DNA of 64,000 nucleotides from Arenicellales bacterium (GTDB lineage: Bacteria; Pseudomonadota; Gammaproteobacteria; Arenicellales; JAJDZL01): contig CAXXFC010000006.1 of NCBI GenBank assembly GCA_963662635.2, positions 104,932 through 168,931 of the forward strand, read 5' to 3'. The position numbers and the translations under genes are program-made. Below, piece by piece: positions 57,150 to 64,000 of the stretch. Position 1 is the first letter of the stretch, and every line of letters begins with the position of its first letter. Below the pieces are notes generated by a model. It searched no databases. It saw only the letters and a list, made by a program, of their open reading frames with translations, and was not told the DNA's origin.

Positions 57150-57517
57150 AGATTAACCAATCGTTAGAATTACAAGGGATTTGCTATCGAATTATTATGA
57201 TGTGATATGTAGATTATATGGTAGTACACCTTAACCATTCACAGTCATTACAAAATAATAACCTTTTCTCTGGAGCGAAGTATTTGTCTGTGACCGGCAT
57301 TTCATGCATCAAAATAGTTGAGGTTTAAGATGGATTCGAGGCAATGGCGCTATTTGTTTACGAACAGAATGTCAATTCAAACGAATCTAAACCAAAAACC
57401 AAAGAATAGCTACCAATCCGCGCCCGTTCTCGATCAACAAAATCACTCATATGCTGACATCATTCGTAAACCTCGATATTCATCAAAATCTCAAATCCGA
57501 AAATCCCGACGACGTGA

Positions 57518-60052
57518 TCAAAAATCAAGTTGTTTGACGAAGCTCAGGTAATTTTCAAAAGCTCGATCAACCATTGTCGGTGTCAATCCATAGTCTGCGA
57601 GATCATATTGGTGGCGGACTTCATGCTTTCTTCGTTCATCCTGCTGTTTTCGCCAATTGTTCATCCTATCGAGTGCGTTCGGTTCCATTGACCAATCAAA
57701 CCTTTTATAAATTTCCGAGACAATATTCATTGGATTCCGAACAAAATCGGAATAGTTGATATCAACCCATCTGTTCTCCAGGTCAGGATGACGGGTACGA
57801 AAATCAATCGCTCGATTCATCATGTCGCTCATCAGATTCAGCTGTTCTATACCCAGATCGAATCGTGATTGTGGCTCGAAAATCCGCAAACGAATTTTCT
57901 CTACGAGACTCATCCATGACCCCATGAATTCGGAAGGTGTGCGGTGGGTTTGTATAAAACAGGCATCCGGGTAAGATTTGATTAAATTATCGAGTTCCAT
58001 CAGGTGAAAGGGCATCTTGAGCAACCACTGCCTATCGGTCTCTACCGACTCGATCATTCGCCGTTGCCAATTGAAGTGCTGCAATACTCGACGATGATGG
58101 GAGTAAGCATACTTAGAACCAGAATTTTCCAACCAGTCATTGTATCGTGATGAGGGCCGGATTATGTTGGAGGTCCAGGATGCGAATGCAAGAGCAAGTA
58201 ATTTAATATCTTCTTCCGGTTCATCTACATCATAGGGATGTATTCCCGCAAAATTCTCCTTAAGATTTGTAGCTTCAAAATAGTCCTGCACGAAAATTCG
58301 CCGTGTGTCGTCCAGGGTGCCTGCAACTGATGCATAATTTGCATCAGGAATTACGGAAGAATACAGTTCATAGGTTCGCAATGCCCAAAATTGCGGGTCA
58401 CGAGACAGTAGTCGATGCAAAAATGTAGTACCTGTGCGATTTATTCCAAGAATGAAAACCGGCTTTGAGATTTGCTCGTTTTCTATTTCTGGATGCAAAT
58501 ATCGCTCGCGAGCAAGTTCCGCGTTTTCTCGCAGATATCTACTAATTTGAAAGACTGCCAGACCGCGCCTGGATGCTCGCCACTTTACCTTTTGGGAATT
58601 AAGGGATTCAACGGAATGCTGCAGTCCCTGCAACATCCAATCCGGGTATGTATCCTGAAATTGCACATCCATTGATTCGGCGTACAATCTGGCACGTTCA
58701 ACCAATAGATCGTAATCCAGTCTGACATCTGGCAGCGAGTAGGGCCAATTGTTGTCAGGGTTGGTCATCCAATCCCATGCACGTAAGACCTTGGTTAGAA
58801 CTTTTGGCCAGTGAATAAGTCTGGGATAGTCATTCCGAATTGCCTGATCGTCTATCTGAGACAATCTTCTCGGTTCGCGATCGTAAAACCAGTACCTGGC
58901 AAAATGATCAAGCAGTATCCAGTGACCATCTAGCGGCGAATTTTCTCCGTGTGCCAGACAAGCCTGTTTGAATTCCGGGTAAGACCCCTCTTTCAGCTGA
59001 ACACCCATATCGGCAGAATCAAGATCATAGAGACCCGGTTCAGGTTCGCAACAGTGATAGATGAGGTGCTGTCTCACAGGATTCATCGAAATTCCGCTGC
59101 AAATATCAGCCAGAATATCAACAGGGTCGCTTGGTTTTCGCGTTCCGACACCGGGTGGTGCCATTTCGACCTGCACTGCTGCAGCACTCAATCTCGCAAG
59201 AATATCCGTAGGATTGATGTAACCACTTGTTGCGATTCCGGTTATCGGCAACCGAAAAATGGCAAGCGGCATACCTGCAGCGTGGGCAAATAACAAAGCC
59301 TGTTCCGAGACCAGTTTGCTCCAAGGGTACCCGATCAATCCGAGCGGAAAATGACGTTTCATCAATTCGATGTCCGGTTGTGACTCATCCTCTATTTGGC
59401 AGGTCTCAAATTCACGTCCGAACGAACAAAAATATTCGGGAAATATACCTAGAGTCGAGGCAAAGAATACGTGTTTGAAACGTGTCTTCAAACTCAATTC
59501 AATAATGTTGCGTATACTGAACACATTGTTTCGACGCAGTTGCTTATAGGTGGCTGCGAGCGACAGAGTCGCGGCAAAATGATAGACCGCGTCAAGACGT
59601 TGACAAAGGTCAGTAAAATCCTCATCAGTCAGTCCGAGGTGATGCTTGGTAATATCACCAATAACGACGCGAATTCTATGTCTATCAATCTCTTCCCACA
59701 AATCGGTTTTCTGAAGAACAGTTTGCAATCGCATTTCACCTTCTTCAATGCTGTCAGCCCTAACTAAGCAATGCACGATCAACTCTCGATTCTGCTGCAG
59801 AAGGCCGTGCAGGAGGTAGCGACCGATGAAACCGGTGGCTCCGGTCAGAAACACCTCTCGAAAGGCAGTGGGAGACACCGCGTCGGTCGGTGGCGGGTAG
59901 GTGATGGTCTCACGGACGAAATGGCGCAAGGTGGTTATATCCTGTCGACATTGCGGTGGCAACACACCGGTCAAGGCAGGATTACCCCTGCCATGAGTCG
60001 CAACTTCGTCTACGCTCTCATTATTTGATGAAACGGGCCCCGCGAAATTCAT
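57518..60052 (-). CDS. Fusion of a thioester-reductase-type SDR domain (NAD_binding_4) and a sulfotransferase domain
   Basis: N-terminal half: FLTGATGFIGRYLL and YPWSK (YxxxK). C-terminal half: FILGINRTGTTFLHRLLSRDP (PAPS 5'-phosphosulfate-binding-loop type) and later IQTHRTPSEFMGSW. Confidence 0.7.
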   Translation of the reverse strand: MNFAGPVSSNNESVDEVATHGRGNPALTGVLPPQCRQDITTLRHFVRETITYPPPTDAVSPTAFREVFLTGATGFIGRYLLHGLLQQNRELIVHCLVRADSIEEGEMRLQTVLQKTDLWEEIDRHRIRVVIGDITKHHLGLTDEDFTDLCQRLDAVYHFAATLSLAATYKQLRRNNVFSIRNIIELSLKTRFKHVFFASTLGIFPEYFCSFGREFETCQIEDESQPDIELMKRHFPLGLIGYPWSKLVSEQALLFAHAAGMPLAIFRLPITGIATSGYINPTDILARLSAAAVQVEMAPPGVGTRKPSDPVDILADICSGISMNPVRQHLIYHCCEPEPGLYDLDSADMGVQLKEGSYPEFKQACLAHGENSPLDGHWILLDHFARYWFYDREPRRLSQIDDQAIRNDYPRLIHWPKVLTKVLRAWDWMTNPDNNWPYSLPDVRLDYDLLVERARLYAESMDVQFQDTYPDWMLQGLQHSVESLNSQKVKWRASRRGLAVFQISRYLRENAELARERYLHPEIENEQISKPVFILGINRTGTTFLHRLLSRDPQFWALRTYELYSSVIPDANYASVAGTLDDTRRIFVQDYFEATNLKENFAGIHPYDVDEPEEDIKLLALAFASWTSNIIRPSSRYNDWLENSGSKYAYSHHRRVLQHFNWQRRMIESVETDRQWLLKMPFHLMELDNLIKSYPDACFIQTHRTPSEFMGSWMSLVEKIRLRIFEPQSRFDLGIEQLNLMSDMMNRAIDFRTRHPDLENRWVDINYSDFVRNPMNIVSEIYKRFDWSMEPNALDRMNNWRKQQDERRKHEVRHQYDLADYGLTPTMVDRAFENYLSFVKQLDF

Positions 60053-60064
60053 CTATATCAATAC

Positions 60065-61783
60065 CTAGCCGACATGTTTCAATCTTTCGGTTGCAGACTG
60101 ATGGAAATCTTCCAGAGCATCGTCTATACCGTCGCCGGTGTAGCGATACTCACCAGGAAAGGATGCGTAACGCGCCTCTATTCGCGCAAACATCTCCAGC
60201 TTGCGGTTCTGAATTTCTCGCTGGCTCCGTGGCCGCGCTTTCTTGAACAGCGAAAGTTCCGCTTTCAACTCCTGCTTGAAGTCGTGGATCGCTACCTGCT
60301 GACGGGTAAACTTTTCGAAATGGTACCCTTGGACAGCCAGTTCAATCGCTTTGACAAGCATACGCGGGTAATGTTTGGAGACTTCCGCGATGAACTGGAG
60401 ATAAGTCGGCACCTGTTCTTCCGAAAGGCAGCGACGCAGACCCATGATATCCATATAGATCGCGGTCTTGGTTTTCGGTTTCGACAAATGGGGTACCGGC
60501 TTTAGGTGCTTGATCAATGTCAGGCACCGCTGGAAATAGTTCTCCAAGGTGGGGTCGTAGAGTGTTGTGGTGACGCGTCGGTAGCCGTCAAGTAAAATGT
60601 CCGGGTCCATCTCGGGCCGAAAATTGAGTGTCATTGAACTGGTTCCGAGGGGAACATCCAGAAGACGATTCTCCGCCTCAAAACGGCGGTACATATCTGT
60701 TCCTTTCAGTGCGCCTAAAAGGTAAATCGGCGCCGCAGGGATGCCGGTTCCCTGAATAAAATCGATTTGGGCATCGAACACGCCTTCATCGTCGCTATCT
60801 AGTCCCAGGATGAACCCGCCCTGCACCTGCATTCCCTTCTTCTGGATCCTGCGCACCGAGTTGAAGAGGTAGTTTTCTTCTCGCTTGCTGACATTCTGCG
60901 GTTTCTTGGTCTTGATCAAAGCTTCTGGGTTAGGGGACTCGATACCGAGAAAAACTGTGTCGAAACCAGCCCCAACCATTGCATCCATCAACGCCTCCAA
61001 GCGGGCGAGATTTACGCTCGCTTCCGTGCTCAGAGAGAAGGGGTAGCCGCGCTCCTTTTGCCATTCGCCGAGCACTGGCAGGAGTTTCATTGCTTCTCGC
61101 TTGTTGCCAATGAAGTTGTCATCGACCAGAAATACCGGACCCCGCCAACCTAAACTGTAGAGAAGTTCGAACTCTTCCACCATCTGCGACGGTGTCTTGG
61201 TTCGCGCCACCCGACCGTATAACTTGGTGATGTCGCAAAATTCGCAGTCGAATGGACAACCCCGGGAAAACTGCAAACCGATCGAGTGGTAGTCATTCAT
61301 GTTGATCAAGTCGAAACGTGGCAACGGAGTCCGGGTGATGTCAGGTTTTCGCGGTTCTCGGTATATTGCCTTGGCGGTACCACTTTCCAGGTCTTCTAGA
61401 AATTTTGGGAAGTATTCCTCAACCTCGTCCAAAACAAAATGGTTCACGCCTTTAATCTCCTCGTGATATGTGGTGGGGTGAGGGCCACCTGACACCACCG
61501 GAACACCAGCTCGATTGCATCGATCGATGACAATCTGTAGGGACACCTTTTGCACGATCATGGTTGACGTGAACGCGATGTCTGCCCACTCGAGATCCGA
61601 ATCTTGCAAGGGAGCTACGTTAAGGTCGACTAGCCGAAGGTCATATTTCGGCGGAAAAATGGCGGCTATAGTGAGTAGACCGAGGGGTGGAAAGGCAGCC
61701 TTTTTTCCGATGATTTCGAGGGCTGCCGTCATTCCCCAATAGGTCGGTGGGTGTTCCGGATAAATTAAAAGCGCATTCGGCAT
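60065..61783 (-). CDS. B12-binding radical SAM protein (DUF4070-type C-terminus)
   Basis: An N-terminal cobalamin-binding-like domain (LIYPEHPP...PPLGLLTIAAIF). The radical SAM cluster motif CPFDCEFC (Cx3Cx2C) sits in SRGCPFDCEFCDI. Confidence 0.8.
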   Translation of the reverse strand: MPNALLIYPEHPPTYWGMTAALEIIGKKAAFPPLGLLTIAAIFPPKYDLRLVDLNVAPLQDSDLEWADIAFTSTMIVQKVSLQIVIDRCNRAGVPVVSGGPHPTTYHEEIKGVNHFVLDEVEEYFPKFLEDLESGTAKAIYREPRKPDITRTPLPRFDLINMNDYHSIGLQFSRGCPFDCEFCDITKLYGRVARTKTPSQMVEEFELLYSLGWRGPVFLVDDNFIGNKREAMKLLPVLGEWQKERGYPFSLSTEASVNLARLEALMDAMVGAGFDTVFLGIESPNPEALIKTKKPQNVSKREENYLFNSVRRIQKKGMQVQGGFILGLDSDDEGVFDAQIDFIQGTGIPAAPIYLLGALKGTDMYRRFEAENRLLDVPLGTSSMTLNFRPEMDPDILLDGYRRVTTTLYDPTLENYFQRCLTLIKHLKPVPHLSKPKTKTAIYMDIMGLRRCLSEEQVPTYLQFIAEVSKHYPRMLVKAIELAVQGYHFEKFTRQQVAIHDFKQELKAELSLFKKARPRSQREIQNRKLEMFARIEARYASFPGEYRYTGDGIDDALEDFHQSATERLKHVG

Positions 61784-61809
61784 AACGGTATTCTCCTTTG
61801 ACGGTCGTC

Positions 61810-64000
61810 TCAGAACTCGTGAACTGCCTCGTATCCCGACTCGATGTCCGAGCGCTTCGGAAAATGATCTTGGAACGCGTTGGCGAATGCCGACGGCACG
61901 CGACGCACCCGGTATTCGACTGCTTGCGAGGCTTCCCCGACGACACCCGCGTCTGTTTCGGACGGATCCTCATCACTGTCCTCCTCTCCATGCACAATCG
62001 CACGCGCCAGTGAGAAGCAAGAGGCGGTGGTCATCAGTTCCAGCGCACTTACTTGATAGTTGAACTCAGTTTGGATGAAGGTTCCGAGCTCAGCGACTGA
62101 GATAGAAGTGAGTCCGTAGCTGGACAAGGGTTCCACAATTTCCACGCTCCCTTCCTCGTGGCCGCACAGTTCGGTAACCTTTTCGGCGATCTGCATAACC
62201 ACTGTTTCCTCGGTAATCTGACCACCTGCGTCGATCTCGAAGGCATCTTGGTTGTTCATCAGACGTCCGGTGCGCATGTAATCAGACGAGTTGAAAGTCC
62301 ATGGCGGTCTAGTGAACAGTATCGTCATCAGATGATCTTCAACTGCTGATGAACGCAGAGCGTAGTCCAGGTTGCCAACCGCTGAATCACTACTTACAGG
62401 CGGAGTGCCCACCGCTCGCATCATACGCAGGAGATGGATGTTCCGGTTGGCCATACCAACCTCCGCTACAGCGGCTATGCTGTAAGAGAGTCCAGGCAAT
62501 CCATTCCGACGCCTCCAGGCGACCAATCCGTCCACGAATGCATTGGCAGCACTGTAGTTGATTTGTCCGAAATTGCCAAACTGAGCGGAAATCGACGAAA
62601 ACATCACGAAGTGGTCTAGCGCGAGCCCTGCCGTTGCGCGATGAAGATGGAGTGCACCATGTGCTTTAGGCGCGAAAACCCGCGTCACTGATTCGACGGA
62701 GGTATCGGCCAGAAGGCGGTCGTCCAACGTCCCAGCAAGGTGGAAGACACCCTTCAGCGGCTTCTTCAACTGCGCAACACAACGCTGGACATCCTCTTCC
62801 CGCGACACGTCGCCCGGGACAATATCGATATCGACTTCTTTTTTCATGTTGTTCAGGGTGGTTGAACGCCGAACCCAATCGACACTGCGACGGCGCTTGG
62901 GATCTCGGTCCATCAACGTGAGATGGCGAGCGCCGGAAGCGACCAAATATGACAGCACCCGTAACCCAAATCCGCCCAACCCTCCAGTCACGAGATAAGT
63001 GGCATGGGGATTAAGAAATGGTCGTGTATCTGCAATCGGAAGCTCCGAATTGGTGGGCACCTCAGGCGCATTCAGGACAAGTTTTCCTTGGTGCTGGCCA
63101 GCGGTCATCATACGTAAAGCCTTGGCGTATTCTCCATAGGGAAAGACTGTAGTCGGCAAGGGCGGTACCGCGCCCTTTTCAATCAACTCCAGACAAGCAC
63201 AGGACAGATCGCGTGAAAGATACGGTTCGTCCATCATCAGCCGATCCATATCGATGGCCGCAAAGCGCAGGTTCTTGCGGAATATACGCATACCGAGATT
63301 GTTGTCCGCGTAGACATCAACCTTGCCGATCTCGCAATGCCAGCCGGATGGCCGCAGCGACCGCAGGCATAGTTCTATGTGGCGACCCGCCAAGGAATTT
63401 AGCGTCACATCGACTCCTTCACCGTCGGTCGCCGACATCAGGCCTTCGTACCAGTCGTAGCTGTGCGAATCGAACACTGCAGTTGCGCCTAGTGCTATCA
63501 ATTGTTCGCGCTTGTTCTCGTCACCGGCGGTGGCGTAAATCTCGGCCCCTAAGTATTTCGAGAGTGCGATTGCAGCCTGACCGACACCACCCATTGCCGA
63601 GTGGATCAGCACGCGCTGACCCTTCTGTAGGCGCGCCAAGTGGATAAGCGCATAATAGGCAGTCACGTAGACTGACAGTATCGATGCCGCTGATGCCATG
63701 CTCAAGTGGTCGGGCTTCCTGAAAACTCGGTGCTGATGGACATTGACTTGGTTGGCTATGCAACCGCCGTGAGTGAAGATCACCTCGTCACCGATACGAC
63801 AATGCTCGACATCAATACCAATGCGTGTGACCACTCCACTACCCTCCATACCAACTTCGCGCCCCATCGCCGAACGCTCATAGGCCATAACTGGAAGCAG
63901 CCCCAGCGTAACCATGACATCGCGGAAGTTCAATCCCGTCGCCTTCACATCGATCTCGACATCGGAAGGCCCGAGTACCGGTAATTCACAGGTTTTCAGT
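61810..64000 (-). CDS. Type I polyketide/fatty-acid synthase-like protein, C-terminal ER-KR-ACP part (5' end outside window)
   Basis: The frame stays open upstream of the listed start to the window edge (..LKTCELPVLGPSDVEIDVKATGLNFRDV). ER domain (GGVGQAAIALSKYLGAEIYATAG), KR domain (YLVTGGLGGFGLRVLSYL, YSAANAF), and an ACP with the Ser in YGLTSISVAEL. Confidence 0.8.
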   Translation of the reverse strand, partial: LKTCELPVLGPSDVEIDVKATGLNFRDVMVTLGLLPVMAYERSAMGREVGMEGSGVVTRIGIDVEHCRIGDEVIFTHGGCIANQVNVHQHRVFRKPDHLSMASAASILSVYVTAYYALIHLARLQKGQRVLIHSAMGGVGQAAIALSKYLGAEIYATAGDENKREQLIALGATAVFDSHSYDWYEGLMSATDGEGVDVTLNSLAGRHIELCLRSLRPSGWHCEIGKVDVYADNNLGMRIFRKNLRFAAIDMDRLMMDEPYLSRDLSCACLELIEKGAVPPLPTTVFPYGEYAKALRMMTAGQHQGKLVLNAPEVPTNSELPIADTRPFLNPHATYLVTGGLGGFGLRVLSYLVASGARHLTLMDRDPKRRRSVDWVRRSTTLNNMKKEVDIDIVPGDVSREEDVQRCVAQLKKPLKGVFHLAGTLDDRLLADTSVESVTRVFAPKAHGALHLHRATAGLALDHFVMFSSISAQFGNFGQINYSAANAFVDGLVAWRRRNGLPGLSYSIAAVAEVGMANRNIHLLRMMRAVGTPPVSSDSAVGNLDYALRSSAVEDHLMTILFTRPPWTFNSSDYMRTGRLMNNQDAFEIDAGGQITEETVVMQIAEKVTELCGHEEGSVEIVEPLSSYGLTSISVAELGTFIQTEFNYQVSALELMTTASCFSLARAIVHGEEDSDEDPSETDAGVVGEASQAVEYRVRRVPSAFANAFQDHFPKRSDIESGYEAVHEF

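Noticed and set aside
57318-57551. A 77-aa plus-strand ORF between the efflux operon and the biosynthetic cluster.
   Set aside because: It is a low-complexity, Lys/Arg/Ser-rich translation that overlaps the 3' end of the reductase-sulfotransferase gene. It is most likely spurious.

Overview
This is a 64-kb, moderately AT-rich bacterial chromosomal segment with Proteobacteria-like gene content: E. coli-like potFGHI, pdxH, gabD and CaiD/CaiB-like enzymes. No rRNA, intact tRNA or CRISPR array was seen.

1-19.5 kb: mostly ordinary minus-strand metabolism. It holds a partial Rieske oxygenase, potFGHI, pdxH, gabD, glutaryl-CoA dehydrogenase, a fused 1156-aa indolepyruvate:ferredoxin oxidoreductase, an acyl-CoA dehydrogenase, an SDR and a ThDP enzyme. 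About 3.5 kb of decayed accessory genes sits between a gabD 3' stub and the intact gabD.

19.5-31.9 kb and 50.4-52.8 kb: accessory DNA.
- Five type II toxin-antitoxin loci, all with an inactivated toxin.
- An IS5-family IS with inverted repeats and a 4-bp duplication. It splits a DUF2779 / GIY-YIG nuclease gene pair.
- The most interesting item: two diverged copies of a 1.1-1.2 kb element bounded by ~34-bp inverted repeats. Its only ORF is a coiled-coil plus PD-(D/E)xK-like protein, not a recognisable transposase. Removing copy B in silico restores the yafQ reading frame exactly (CTAG or TA duplication), so the element is demonstrably mobile.

31.9-50.4 kb: a mosaic of CoA-dependent catabolic genes. 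It is interrupted by a two-AAA-domain ATPase plus WYL regulator, a GC-rich AAA-ATPase_like/PDDEXK_9 gene and a tRNA-like hairpin remnant.

52.8-64 kb: an RND efflux pair, then a truncated biosynthetic cluster. The cluster encodes a PKS (ER-KR-ACP, partial), a B12-binding radical SAM enzyme and a thioester-reductase/sulfotransferase fusion.

All family calls rest on motifs read by eye and on memory of those families. No database search was run.
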